This document shows, in pieces, positions 1 to 9,898 of a DNA stretch of 64,000 bases (its first letter is position 1; the number at the start of each line of letters is the position of its first letter). Under the pieces are notes generated by a model. The model was not told the origin of the DNA. It made no database searches and saw only the letters and a list, made by a program, of their open reading frames with translations. The stretch comes from Clostridia bacterium (GTDB lineage Bacteria; Bacillota; Clostridia; Christensenellales; CAG-138). The stretch lies in NCBI GenBank assembly GCA_016292635.1, contig JAEDIC010000001.1:67275-131274 (forward strand), in the 5' to 3' direction. A program made the translations under genes and the position numbers.

Positions 1-14
1 ATGGTATTAACGCC

Positions 15-383
15 ATGGGGAGGTGGAATATGAACCGTATATTTGTAGTAGAAGGCGAGACAGCCATCAACAGACTGATATGCATGAGCCTTACGGCCGC
101 AGCATATGAAACCGTACCTGCCTACGATGGGCAGGAAGCATTGGAACTTCTGCTTTCGAGAGAGAAGTTTCACCGGGCGCTGCTGGATTTAACGCCGCCC
201 GGTCTGGATGGCTTTGAGCTGCTGCCCCGCATGAAGAAGCGGAAAATACCCGTAATATACTTGACCGCAAAGAGCGACATTCAATCCAAGGTTCAGGGCC
301 TCACCTCAGCCGCCGAGGATTATATTGTAAAACCAGCTGGAAAAAGATGGTTTTATATCCTCGGAAAAGCGGAGCAGGGATAA
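15..383 (+). pseudogene. Response-regulator receiver domain remnant. It is truncated right after beta5, and the ORF tail is blaI-like sequence read out of frame.
   Basis: The translation matches a CheY/OmpR receiver (LLDL..PGLDGFELL, IPVIYLTAKSD, EDYIVKP). The acidic pocket reads VVEGET, and no output domain follows. Homology stops at about 335. Confidence 0.5.
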
Positions 384-588
384 ACTCTGTTCTCCGGCAG
401 TATCAAGGTTGGAGTGCATAGAGCGGGAGAGGCGTGCCCTGCTCAGCAGGATGGAGCCCCGCTCGGCGGAAATGCTGGTCACCAGCATGGTGCGTAAAGG
501 AGGCTTTTCCAAGGGCGACATACTGGAGCTTATGGAAATGCCGGAGCGCATTGCACAGCCTCTCTGGCCTTCCTGTTCATACCCATAA
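331..588 (+). pseudogene. 3' fragment of a BlaI/MecI-family repressor gene, a paralog of 27318..27710.
   Basis: The frame-1 translation NQLEKDGFISSEKRSRDKLCSPAVSRLECIE..LVTSMVRKGGFSKGDILELMEM aligns position by position with NVLEKKGYVSSVKRGRDKFYSPAVSREECIA..MVTSMVREGDLSKGDRLELMEM of the intact gene. There is an in-frame stop at 328 and no wHTH half. Confidence 0.65.
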
Positions 589-943
589 TGGTACCCGGAG
601 CCAGAGCGAATGCCAGGAAAATAAGCACCGACGGCACCATCATCTTGATGGATGCCCACAGGTTAGCGCCCATTAGGTGCCTGTCAGATTCAAAAGCCGC
701 AGCGATTGCTTCCACTTTCGGGAACAGGAAAGAATTGGCCCACCCATTATCCGATGAGTTCAAGAGGGATCTCCGGCTTTGGATGGCGGTTCTCCGCTCT
801 GTATACCTACGGCATGCAGCTGTCGCCATTTATATTCAGCGCTTTCCCGCCAAAGCGTTTACCAGTTTAAGCAGCGCGTTGAAAAAACCCTTATGCAAAT
901 AGGGCGGCTTTGGTGAATAGTGTGCCCTTTCAAAAAATGAAAG

Positions 944-976
944 CATGGTATGAACATCAGTCCATACCATGTTTTT
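944..976 (-). terminator. Bidirectional intrinsic terminator closing the peptide operon.
   Basis: A 9-bp stem CATGGTATG/CATACCATG with a 10-nt loop. An A-run lies on one side and a T-run on the other. It sits about 20 nt past the stop of the last operon gene. Confidence 0.6.
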
Positions 977-994
977 ATCAGTCATTTTCCTTTG

Positions 995-3100
995 TCACTT
1001 TTCCATGACCGGAAGCATTATGCGGCTGCAATAGCGCCCGCCGTGATATACCGTCTGCTCCGCCAATACCTTATCCGTATCATCCGCAATGGGAAGGCCG
1101 GTGTTCGTGTTGCAGAAAATGGAATTATCCGCGCCTGAGGTTATCTCCACCCGAATGCTGTGGCCCGCTTCAAACCTGTTTGCTATCCAGGTCATGGGGA
1201 TCTCGTACCTTACTATCTCACCGGGCAGCAGCAGCTTGGGTTCAATAAAGGACCGGCGGTATTTTGCCCTCACTATACCATCGCACAGGCGTATGGAGTT
1301 TCCTTTCTCATCCACATCCGTTATCCGCGCCACCCAGTCGGTATCTTTGGCGCTGGACGCAGCGTAAATAACGGCTACAGGTTCCCCGGCAATGGTCAGC
1401 GGCTTTTCCAGCGGCGCCGTAGTATATACCAGCACATCCTGCCTCAGCTCCACGTCCCTGTAGTTTTCAGGCACCAGGCACTCGTTTTCACTTACGTCGA
1501 TAAGGAAAGGCGCCGGATCGTGGGGATCATATACATAATGATCCTCTCCCGCCTTTTCAGGGCGGTCAAAGCTCAGCCTGCCATCTCCGCCGCTGGTGGC
1601 GGCGCTGCCCCCGGAGGAGAGGAACAGTTCCTTTTCCACCATATTCTCTGGCGGCCACTCGGTATCACTATGCCAGCGGTTTTCCCCTATAACGAAATAC
1701 TCCACGGGGGCATCCCTGTCCACGCCGTTGTCCACGCCCTTGAGGAAGCGGTCGTACCAGCGCATATAAAGATAAAACATATCATAGCGTACCGCGTCAG
1801 GACCGTAGTAAATATTATGTATGTCCCTGGATACATTCATCTTGTGCATCCATGCGCCGCAGACCAGCTTCTGGTTTTTACGGCCGTTGCGCTTGTTCAT
1901 ATCCCATATCTGCATACTTCCGGGACCAACGTCGTCATACCACCCGGTAACATACAGCGACGGCACATCTATCTTATGCTGGTTTACCAGGAAATTTGCC
2001 TTGTGCCAGTACCCGTCGTAGAACTCGTGCTCCATCCACTCGTTCCAGAATGGGTTTTCTTCACCTGTAGCCGCCAAAGGTATGTCCCTTATAGGGCGGT
2101 GCTTCAATATCTGAGCCCAATCGTCCCGTACCATATCGCCGGGAGCGAAATTCCTGGCTCGCATTGAAGTAATCCAGGCCATAGTACCGGGAGACAGCAC
2201 GCCTGCCCTGTGGGGAAAATCAAACAGAGGCACGCCGCCCGTCACCATGCTGATGCTGGCTTTAAAATGGGGATTTCCGCTGGCAGCCGCCTGCCACTGA
2301 ACTATGGACAGGTAAGAGGGGCCTATCATGCCCACTCCGCCGTCGCTCCACTCCTGGGCCGCTATCCAGTTCAGGGTATCGTCGCCGTCGTCCCTTTCAT
2401 TTATAATGGGCTGCCAAAGGCCCTCCGAAAGCTCCCTCCCCCTTGTATCCTGGGCCACCACCGCATATCCGTAATGTACATAAGAATGGTACAGCGCGGT
2501 ATTTAATTTATTGTAGCATGTGCGGATAAGCACGGTGGGGAACTTCTGTCCCGGTCTGCGCTGGGCAGGCAGATAAATATCCGTTGCCAGACGCACGCCG
2601 TCCCGCATAGGCACCATTTCGGTGCCCACAAATTCTATACCGTATTCCGGTTTGGATAAAAGCGCATCCGTCATATCCGCCTGGGGCGTAACAGCTTCCC
2701 AGCCGTCCTCCACCAGCAGCCCTATATAATGCCTTTCATTGTCTATGCAGGCTACCACCCTGCCCTCGGATACTATCACATCCAAAGGATACCATCCGGA
2801 GGGCTGTATGTGGGTCTCCGTCTTTCTTTCACTGCCGCCTATAACGGCATATTCCGGCGCCTTCCGCTCATAACCTGTGGGTACGATGTTCTTTTGCGCC
2901 AGGCCAACCGCTTCTTCAATCCGTCTGTCCAGCTCCGCATTAAAGGGCTCCATGGGAAGTGAAAAAGCCCTTTCTTCGCCAAACTCCATTGTTTTAACGC
3001 AGCGCGGCGTGCAAAGCACTTCCTCTTCGGATATTCTGAACCGTGCCAGCGCTACGCCGGAGCGGTAATAAGTAAAATTTCTGAATTCCATAAATTTCAC
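995..3100 (-). CDS. CocE/NonD-family hydrolase (S15 X-Pro dipeptidyl-peptidase-like).
   Basis: 701 aa. Motifs: GVRLATDIYLP, FPTVLIRTCYNK, YAVVAQDTRGR, and the nucleophile elbow GPSYLS. The start is GTG 3100 or ATG 3091 (AGGGTG RBS). It abuts the ABC ATPase gene. Confidence 0.8.
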   Translation of the reverse strand: MKFMEFRNFTYYRSGVALARFRISEEEVLCTPRCVKTMEFGEERAFSLPMEPFNAELDRRIEEAVGLAQKNIVPTGYERKAPEYAVIGGSERKTETHIQPSGWYPLDVIVSEGRVVACIDNERHYIGLLVEDGWEAVTPQADMTDALLSKPEYGIEFVGTEMVPMRDGVRLATDIYLPAQRRPGQKFPTVLIRTCYNKLNTALYHSYVHYGYAVVAQDTRGRELSEGLWQPIINERDDGDDTLNWIAAQEWSDGGVGMIGPSYLSIVQWQAAASGNPHFKASISMVTGGVPLFDFPHRAGVLSPGTMAWITSMRARNFAPGDMVRDDWAQILKHRPIRDIPLAATGEENPFWNEWMEHEFYDGYWHKANFLVNQHKIDVPSLYVTGWYDDVGPGSMQIWDMNKRNGRKNQKLVCGAWMHKMNVSRDIHNIYYGPDAVRYDMFYLYMRWYDRFLKGVDNGVDRDAPVEYFVIGENRWHSDTEWPPENMVEKELFLSSGGSAATSGGDGRLSFDRPEKAGEDHYVYDPHDPAPFLIDVSENECLVPENYRDVELRQDVLVYTTAPLEKPLTIAGEPVAVIYAASSAKDTDWVARITDVDEKGNSIRLCDGIVRAKYRRSFIEPKLLLPGEIVRYEIPMTWIANRFEAGHSIRVEITSGADNSIFCNTNTGLPIADDTDKVLAEQTVYHGGRYCSRIMLPVMEK

Positions 3101-3101
3101 C

Positions 3102-4055
3102 CTATTTATCCGCGCAGAAGCAGGATACGAAGTGTCCCGGCGTTATCTCCCGCAGCTCCGGTGCACCGCTGCGGCACTGTTCAGACGCATATTTGCAGCG
3201 GCCCGCAAAGCGGCACTCGTCCTTGGGATTGATGGGAGATTTTATCTCGCCCTGCAGTATTTCCCTCTGGCGGTCGCGGCTGCTGAGCTTTGGAATGGGT
3301 ATAGCCTCCAGCAGCGCCCGGGTATAGGGATGCAGCGGATTTTTGAACAGCTCGTTCTTGGGCGCCTTTTCCACCATTTTGCCCAGGTACATTACCATGA
3401 TATCGTCGGAGATATGCTTTACCACGCTCAGGTTGTGGGATATGAACATATAGGTAAAACCCCTCTCCTTTTGCAGATCCTGCATAAGGTTCAGTATCTG
3501 CGCCTGAATGGATACATCCAGCGCGGACACCGGCTCGTCGCATACGATAAACTTGGGAGAAACCGAAAGCGCCCTGGCGATACCTATACGCTGGCGGCGG
3601 CCGCCGTCCAGCTCGTGGGGGTAAGAGTTTATCAGCCTCTCCGCAAGGCCAACGGTATCCATCAGCTCCCTTATCTTTTTATCCATCTCAGCCCCCTTGC
3701 ATATTTTGTTTACTATAAGGGGCTCGGCGATGAGCTCGCCTATGCTCATACGAGGATTGATGGATTCATAGGGATCCTGAAAGATTATCTGCATGCTTTT
3801 GCGCATAGCTCTCATCTCGGCCTTGGAATACTTGAGGATATCCTCGCCCTCAAACAGCACTTCGCCCTCTGTGCTTTTCAGCAGCCGAAGTATAACTCTG
3901 CCAAGAGTGGATTTGCCGCAGCCGGATTCACCCACAACGCCCAGCGTTTTTCCCTCCTCTATTGAAAAGGAAACGTCATCCACCGCGTGAAGCAGGCCGT
4001 GGGGCGTATTAAAGTATTTTTTTAATCCTTTTACTTCCAGAATGTTGTCTGCCAT
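3102..4055 (-). CDS. Oligopeptide/dipeptide ABC transporter ATP-binding protein (OppF/DppF type).
   Basis: Walker A GESGCGKST, signature LDGGRRQR, Walker B FIVCDEPVSALD. I trimmed the start to ATG 4055 (MADNILEV), which has a GGAGG RBS and lies 4 nt after the upstream stop. Confidence 0.9.
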   Translation of the reverse strand: MADNILEVKGLKKYFNTPHGLLHAVDDVSFSIEEGKTLGVVGESGCGKSTLGRVILRLLKSTEGEVLFEGEDILKYSKAEMRAMRKSMQIIFQDPYESINPRMSIGELIAEPLIVNKICKGAEMDKKIRELMDTVGLAERLINSYPHELDGGRRQRIGIARALSVSPKFIVCDEPVSALDVSIQAQILNLMQDLQKERGFTYMFISHNLSVVKHISDDIMVMYLGKMVEKAPKNELFKNPLHPYTRALLEAIPIPKLSSRDRQREILQGEIKSPINPKDECRFAGRCKYASEQCRSGAPELREITPGHFVSCFCADK

Positions 4056-4059
4056 GACG

Positions 4060-5046
4060 CTATTCCTCCTTCGCGGTAACCTTTGCCATGTGGCACTGCA
4101 CATAGTGGCCGGGGCCTACTTCCACATTGGCAGGCTGTTCCTCCCGGCATCTGTCTGTGGCGTATGGGCAACGGGGATGGAATTTGCATCCCCGGGGCAG
4201 GTTTACGGGGTCAGGCATAAGGCCGTTTATGGGAGTAAGCCTTTCCTGCTCATCCTCAAGGTTTGGCACAGAGTCAAACAGGCCAACGGTGTACGGATGC
4301 TGCCTTGCGCCGTATATGTCCTCCACGGAACCTGATTCCACTATCTCGCCGGCGTACATTATGGCCACCTTGCTGCACATTTCCACTACTATTCCCAAAT
4401 CGTGGGTAATGAGTATCATAGATGTGTTGCGCTCACGCTTAAGCTTCTCGATCATGTGGAGTATCTGCGCCTGAATGGTCACATCCAGCGCAGTGGTGGG
4501 CTCGTCCGCTATCAACAGCGCAGGGTTGCAGGCCAGCGCTATGGCGATAACGATACGCTGTTTCATTCCGCCGGAAAACTGATGGGGATATTCATCCTTG
4601 CGGGAAGCGGGAAGGCCCACGCTTTCCATTATTTCGTCCACCGTTTTCTCCGTTTCCTCTTTGCTTTGGCTGCGGTGAAGGTTGATTACCTCGGCTATCT
4701 GATCCCCCACACGCTGGAGGGGATTGAGCGCCGTCATGGGATCCTGGAATATCATGGCTATCTGGCTGCCGCGTATCTCAAACATATCCTTTTCAGGCAG
4801 TTCCAGCAGGTTTTGTCCGTTAAATATTATCTCGCCGTTCAGTATCTCGCTGGTACGCTTAGGCAGCAGCCGCATGATGCCGAGGGCGGTTGTGGTTTTT
4901 CCCGCGCCGGTTTCGCCTACGAGGCCCAGGGTTTCTCCCTTTTCAAGGGAAAGATTTATGTGGTTTACAGCGCTTACCACGTCGTCATACGCGTGATAGC
5001 AGACCGACAGGTCCTTGATCTTGAGGAACTCTTTGTTGTTTTCCAT
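4060..5046 (-). CDS. Oligopeptide/dipeptide ABC transporter ATP-binding protein (OppD/DppD type).
   Basis: Walker A GETGAGKT, signature FSGGMKQR, Walker B LLIADEPTTALD, a Cys-rich C-terminal extension, and an AAGGAGG RBS. Confidence 0.9.
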   Translation of the reverse strand: MENNKEFLKIKDLSVCYHAYDDVVSAVNHINLSLEKGETLGLVGETGAGKTTTALGIMRLLPKRTSEILNGEIIFNGQNLLELPEKDMFEIRGSQIAMIFQDPMTALNPLQRVGDQIAEVINLHRSQSKEETEKTVDEIMESVGLPASRKDEYPHQFSGGMKQRIVIAIALACNPALLIADEPTTALDVTIQAQILHMIEKLKRERNTSMILITHDLGIVVEMCSKVAIMYAGEIVESGSVEDIYGARQHPYTVGLFDSVPNLEDEQERLTPINGLMPDPVNLPRGCKFHPRCPYATDRCREEQPANVEVGPGHYVQCHMAKVTAKEE

Positions 5047-5058
5047 TATCTTTCCTCC

Positions 5059-5940
5059 TTACTTCAGCCTGGGGTCAAGCGCATCCCGCAGGCCGTCGCC
5101 CAGCAGATTCAGCGACAACACCGTTATCATGATGCAAAGGCCCGGATAGATGACCTGAGACGGCATGTTTCTTATAACCTCCCTGCCCTCAGAAAGCATC
5201 TGGCCCCACTCGGGAAGGGGAGGCTCAATGCCAAGGCCCAGGAAGCTGAAGCCCGCCGCGGCGATTATTATCTCGCCCACGCCCAATGTGGCCTGAACGA
5301 TCAGGGGACCTATGGCGTTGGGAATTATGTGCTTGCAGATAATTCGGAAATCTCCCGTGCCCACCGCCCTGGCGGATTCAATATACTCCTTGCTGCGTAT
5401 GGACAGCACCGAGGAGCGTATTACCCGGGCATATATGGGTACATAGGATACGGCAACCGCTATCATCAGGTTTATAATGCTGGAGCCCAGAGCCGCGATA
5501 ACAGCTATCGCAAGCAGCACAGAAGGCAATCCAAGGAATACGTCCATTATGCGCATGATGATATTATCCAGCTTTCCCCCATAGAATCCTGCCACGGCGC
5601 CAATAAGTCCACCCACCGCAAGAGCGGAAAGGGCCGTAGCTATGCCTATGGTAATGGATATGCGTCCGCCATATATAAGTCTTGCCAGGGTATCCCGTCC
5701 GTAGTTATCTGTGCCAAGGAGATGCTCCGGGCTGGGGCCCTGCAGCTTTATAGAGATATTCTGCTGAATTACTTTTGCGTCATAGTCTATATACAGCGGC
5801 GCTGAAAAGCATACGAGCACGATCAGACAGAACACAGCCAAGCCTACCATGGCCTGCTTGTTCTTCCTCAAACGCAGCCATACTTCCTGCGCCTGACTTC
5901 TTTTCTTGGTTCCGCCCGCAGCGGCAGTTTTATTTGTCAT
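5059..5940 (-). CDS. ABC peptide permease (OppC/DppC type).
   Basis: 293 aa, multi-TM, with an EAA-type loop (SKEYIESARAVGTGDFRIICKHIIPN). Confidence 0.9.
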   Translation of the reverse strand: MTNKTAAAGGTKKRSQAQEVWLRLRKNKQAMVGLAVFCLIVLVCFSAPLYIDYDAKVIQQNISIKLQGPSPEHLLGTDNYGRDTLARLIYGGRISITIGIATALSALAVGGLIGAVAGFYGGKLDNIIMRIMDVFLGLPSVLLAIAVIAALGSSIINLMIAVAVSYVPIYARVIRSSVLSIRSKEYIESARAVGTGDFRIICKHIIPNAIGPLIVQATLGVGEIIIAAAGFSFLGLGIEPPLPEWGQMLSEGREVIRNMPSQVIYPGLCIMITVLSLNLLGDGLRDALDPRLK

Positions 5941-5955
5941 AGCCTACCTCCCCCC

Positions 5956-6873
5956 TCAGTCACGAATCCGCGGATCAACATAGGTATATAGGATATCGAC
6001 AATTAAGTTGACCAGGCTGAATGCCAGCGCTATAACGATAACAGACGCCAGGACAACGGGATTATCTTTTTGCCGTATTGCCGTAATGATCTGGGTACCC
6101 ATGCCCGGCAGGCCGAAAACGGTTTCCGTTACAACGGCGCCGCCAAGACTGGCGCCAAAGGCATTGCCTACCACGGTGATAACGGGTATTATGGCATTTT
6201 TCAGCGCGTGCTTGAAAATAACCCGCTTTTCCGCAGCGCCCTTTGCCCGGGCAGTACGGATAAAGTCCTGCCGCACCACCTCCAGCATACTGGAACGAGT
6301 CATGCGCATAATTGTGGCACAGTTTATGAATCCCAGCGTAACGGATGGAAGTATGAGCCACTTCAGCCCTTCATATCCGCTGGATGGCAGCCAGCCCAGG
6401 TTAAGCGAAAACAGCAGCATAAGCAGCATACCCAGCCAAAATGCGGGAATAGACGCCATCAGCAAAGCAAACACCACCGAAAACGCATCGATGACAGAAT
6501 ACTGCTTTACCGCTGACAGAATACCCACCGGCACACCTATCAACACCGCTATAAGCATAGTAAAGGTGGTGAGCTGCAGCGTCAGCGGGAATCTTAGCTT
6601 GATAATATCCCATACCGGCATACGAAGCTGATATGAATCGCCAAAGTCGCCCTGAACGGCGCCCTTTATGTAGTTAAAAAGCTGCTGGTGATATGGAAGA
6701 TCAAGGCCCAGCTCATGTCTCAGGGCTTCTACCTGCTCTTCCGGCGCGCGATCGCCCAGTATCAGCTTGGCGGGATCTCCAGGAGAAAAATACATGATGG
6801 TGAATACGACAAAAACGATGCCGATCAGCACCGGTATAAGATACACCAGGCGTTTTGAAACATATTTCAGCAA
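5956..6873 (-). CDS. ABC peptide permease (OppB/DppB type).
   Basis: 305 aa, multi-TM, with the loop FIRTARAKGAAEKRVIFKHALKNA. TTG start with a GGAGG RBS. Confidence 0.9.
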   Translation of the reverse strand: MLKYVSKRLVYLIPVLIGIVFVVFTIMYFSPGDPAKLILGDRAPEEQVEALRHELGLDLPYHQQLFNYIKGAVQGDFGDSYQLRMPVWDIIKLRFPLTLQLTTFTMLIAVLIGVPVGILSAVKQYSVIDAFSVVFALLMASIPAFWLGMLLMLLFSLNLGWLPSSGYEGLKWLILPSVTLGFINCATIMRMTRSSMLEVVRQDFIRTARAKGAAEKRVIFKHALKNAIIPVITVVGNAFGASLGGAVVTETVFGLPGMGTQIITAIRQKDNPVVLASVIVIALAFSLVNLIVDILYTYVDPRIRD

Positions 6874-6937
6874 GTTCAGCCCTCCTTTTTTCGCAGTTGC
6901 TTCAAATTATTTTGCCTCTGCCGGTAAAACCGCATTT

Positions 6938-6982
6938 TTTTATAAAAAGGCATGAAGGAGCGCCGGATACGGCACTCCTTCA
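6938..6982 (-). terminator. Intra-operon hairpin plus U-tract after the binding-protein gene (partial terminator/attenuator).
   Basis: Stem TGAAGGAG.GCCG / CGGC.CTCCTTCA with one mismatch and a 4-nt loop. On the minus strand it is followed by TGCCTTTTTATA. Confidence 0.5.
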
Positions 6983-6995
6983 CGAAGATAAATTC

Positions 6996-8522
6996 TTACT
7001 GGTTCAAAGTCCAGGTTGCTACGGGGAAATAGCAGTTATCAACAATCTTAATGCCGTCGATATTCTTGTTCGCTCCCACAATCTCATTGGGGAAGAGCAG
7101 GCATATAATAGGAAGATCCTCGTGGCCCAGCTCTACGATCTGATTGTACAGCTTTACGCGTTCCTCAGTATCGAGGGTCTGGCTGGCTTTCTCAATCATC
7201 TCATCCATTACGGGGTTGCTGTAAACACGGTCATAGTTAAATCCGCCATCGGTGTGATAGAGGTATGTGACCATGTTATTTGTATCGGCCCAGTTAAGGG
7301 TGCCCAGGGCAATTTCAAAATTGCTCTTGTTAAGGTTATCGCTCCAGGTAGCCTTTTCCAGCTGCTCCACGGATACTTCGATACCGATCTGCGCCAGCTG
7401 GTTCTGCATTATCTGAGCAACCTTCATGGAAATGGCGTTGTTGCTGTTTACCATAAGGCTGCAGGAGAAACCATCAGGATATCCCGCCTCTGCCAGCTTG
7501 GCCTTTGCCGCTTCCACATCATACTCGTTGAAGGGGATGTTCTCGTTGTAGCCAAGGTGCAGGCTGTTCAAGGGAGCGTTGGCAATTGCGCCGATGCCAT
7601 TGAGGGCGCCGTCCAGCAGATCCTGCTTGTTGATGGCGTAATTTACAGCCTGACGAACTTCCTTGATATTCCAGGGAGCGTTATTCTTATTAAAGCAGAC
7701 ATAGTGAATGGTATAGCTGGGAGCCTGATAAAGCGCAAGGTCTTCATCGCTCTCAATAGTCTCAATATCGTTTACGGTCAGCGCGGGGATAAAGTCCACC
7801 TCTCCATTCTGCAGGGAAATAACCGCAGTGTTGGTGTCGGGCTGAATCTTAAAGTTGATCTCCTTGATATCCGGCTCCGCGCCATAGTACTTATCATTAT
7901 AGACAAACTTGAAGGCCTGTCCGGGAACATAATCGCCCTCCAGCTTGTAGGGACCGGTTCCAACGGGCTTGTACATAAAGTCATCGCCCGCTGTAATGGC
8001 TTCCTCACAGCAGATGCCGAAATAAATACCGCCGATCATGGTCAGGAAGTCCGCAAAGGGATAGTTAAGATGGGCAACAAAAGTATGCTCATCGGTAGCT
8101 TCTACGGACTTAATGGAAACCGCATAGTAGGAAGTATAGGGCTCAGTCATGACCCTTTCAAATGTATAAACCACATCATCCGCGGTCAGCTGTTTGCCAT
8201 TATGGAAATATACATCCTCGCGCAGTTTAAAAGTATAGGTCAGGCCATCTTCGCTGATCTCCCAGCTTTCGGCAATATCAGGCTTGATCTCGGCGGAATT
8301 GCCACCGCTGCTGTCTACCAGCATGCTGAACAGCTGTGTTTCCACCATAAGAGAATGACCGTCTACCGTGGTAGCGGGATCCAAACTCGCGGGAGAAGAC
8401 AGCAGAGAGAAAGTAACGGACTTGGCGCCGCTGCTTTCAACCGCCTCTTTGCCTGCGCTGCAGCCCGCAAACATGGAAACTACTGCGAGCAGGGACATTA
8501 CAAGCGCAACTACTTTTTTCAT
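6996..8522 (-). CDS. Family-5 peptide-binding lipoprotein (OppA/DppA type).
   Basis: Signal peptide with lipobox MFAGC. Long solute-binding body. I prefer the start at ATG 8522 (AAGGAG RBS) over the track start at 8540. Confidence 0.85.
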   Translation of the reverse strand: MKKVVALVMSLLAVVSMFAGCSAGKEAVESSGAKSVTFSLLSSPASLDPATTVDGHSLMVETQLFSMLVDSSGGNSAEIKPDIAESWEISEDGLTYTFKLREDVYFHNGKQLTADDVVYTFERVMTEPYTSYYAVSIKSVEATDEHTFVAHLNYPFADFLTMIGGIYFGICCEEAITAGDDFMYKPVGTGPYKLEGDYVPGQAFKFVYNDKYYGAEPDIKEINFKIQPDTNTAVISLQNGEVDFIPALTVNDIETIESDEDLALYQAPSYTIHYVCFNKNNAPWNIKEVRQAVNYAINKQDLLDGALNGIGAIANAPLNSLHLGYNENIPFNEYDVEAAKAKLAEAGYPDGFSCSLMVNSNNAISMKVAQIMQNQLAQIGIEVSVEQLEKATWSDNLNKSNFEIALGTLNWADTNNMVTYLYHTDGGFNYDRVYSNPVMDEMIEKASQTLDTEERVKLYNQIVELGHEDLPIICLLFPNEIVGANKNIDGIKIVDNCYFPVATWTLNQ

Positions 8523-8590
8523 TTTCGTTCTCCTTTTCATTTAATTAATTTTTTTAATTCTTTATGATACAGGGCTTTTTCAGCCCGCGA

Positions 8591-9622
8591 TCAAACCAGT
8601 ACTTCCCTGTATACGCGAAGGAAATTTTCCGCGTATATCTTCCGCAGCATTTCTTCCGTATACCCGTGCTTTATCAGGGCGTCGGTGAAATTCGGAATAT
8701 CTTTGTGGCCCTCAACAAGGTCCACCACCTTCTGTTCAAACCCGTTGACCGTGATATACGCGTCCGGAAGTATCATCTGCGCCACATCGAGGCCAAGGCC
8801 CACATGCTCAATTCCGGCAACCTTCACAAGGTGGTCCAGGTGGGCTATCATCATTTCCCTGTTGGCATTATCCGCCCTGTCGCCCACCAGTACGCTGCAT
8901 CCGTTGAGGCCTATAACGCCGCCGCTGTCCGCAATGCGGCGCAGCAGTTCATCGCTTATATTTCTCAGCGTGCCGTTCAGCGCGCGGCAGTTGCTGTGGC
9001 TGGCGATGACCGGCCCTTTTACTATATCCAGCACATCCTCTGTTCCGGCGTCGTTCAGATGGGATACGTCTATAAGCATACCGAGCTCCTGCGCCCTTTC
9101 CGTAAAGGCCACGCCCAGCTCGGTAAGTCCGCCGCCTATGTTGTAACGGCCGCTGGTATATCTTGCTCCGTCACAGGCAAGGTTGCGCCTGGCATGAGCC
9201 AGCCCCAGACCCCTCACTCCAAATTTATAAAAGAAATCCAGCAGCTCTATATTGCTGCCCAGAGGTTCAACGCCCTCAAAGGAAATCAGTATAGCCAGCC
9301 TGCCCTGCTCCCTGGCCTTTTCCAGCTCGGCGTAGGAGGTGCATATGTCAAACAGCCCGGGGGATTCCCGCTGCTCCGCCTGCAGCGCGGCAAGCTGCTC
9401 GCATGCCTGCTGCAGTGAGCTGCCGTTAATGCCGGTCTCATCCACATATACGGCATTTACCAAAACCTGAACTCCTCCCTGTTTCAGGTCGGGCATAAGT
9501 TCGCTTTCTATTATTTTTCTTTTGCCCTTTTGCCTTTCCTGCCGCAAAAACATGCCCAAATCATAATGTGCATCAACCACGGGAATTTTCATTTGGCCGT
9601 CTGGCTCTATCCTACTCTTCAC
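8591..9622 (-). CDS. Dipeptidase, peptidase M19 family.
   Basis: 343 aa. Motifs: VVDAHYDL, IDVSHL, VIASHSNCRAL. GTG start 5 nt after GGAGG. First gene of the operon. Confidence 0.75.
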   Translation of the reverse strand: MKSRIEPDGQMKIPVVDAHYDLGMFLRQERQKGKRKIIESELMPDLKQGGVQVLVNAVYVDETGINGSSLQQACEQLAALQAEQRESPGLFDICTSYAELEKAREQGRLAILISFEGVEPLGSNIELLDFFYKFGVRGLGLAHARRNLACDGARYTSGRYNIGGGLTELGVAFTERAQELGMLIDVSHLNDAGTEDVLDIVKGPVIASHSNCRALNGTLRNISDELLRRIADSGGVIGLNGCSVLVGDRADNANREMMIAHLDHLVKVAGIEHVGLGLDVAQMILPDAYITVNGFEQKVVDLVEGHKDIPNFTDALIKHGYTEEMLRKIYAENFLRVYREVLV

Positions 9623-9701
9623 TCAGTCCTCCAAATATTGCCGTCAGAAAATATACTGTATCCGATAAAATCTTTTGAAGCTGCTTCCATTCCGTAAAAT
9701 G

Positions 9702-9731
9702 TTAACTCACAGTTAATTTGCTGTGAGTTAA
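9702..9731. promoter_or_regulatory. Perfect 11-bp inverted repeat, a candidate operator in the divergent intergenic region.
   Basis: TTAACTCACAG-N8-CTGTGAGTTAA, located between the dipeptidase operon start and the XRE-cupin regulator gene. Confidence 0.45.
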
Positions 9732-9898
9732 TTATGCCCCTTGCTTTAATAATTGTCAATACGCTATTTAAGCTTGCAAGGTTTATTATTCGGCCCCATA
9801 TTGCCCTTCTTGAAAAACATTTTCCCGTAACATATAATTAGACATATACCATCAATTAACAAATACACACATCACAAAATCGAAGGAGTGTCCGGAGT

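Noticed and set aside
530-902. ORFs 530-829(-) and 588-902(+) in the debris region. The minus ORF ends in a TM-like segment (MMVPSVLIFLAFALAPG).
   Set aside because: No start context or recognisable family. It lies between gene fragments and is possibly another relic, but I cannot support a call.
4402-5805. A long antisense ORF (467 aa). Similar long ORFs occur at 1160-2167, 6855-8567, 8564-9418, 11317-12222, 13201-14079, 21993-23480, 23523-24497, 24978-26096, 27679-28827, 52236-53021, 59541-60188 and 60342-61154.
   Set aside because: Each lies entirely opposite a strongly supported gene. They have low-complexity or His/Arg/Gly-rich translations with no motifs and lack an RBS. They are shadow ORFs typical of moderately GC-rich coding DNA.
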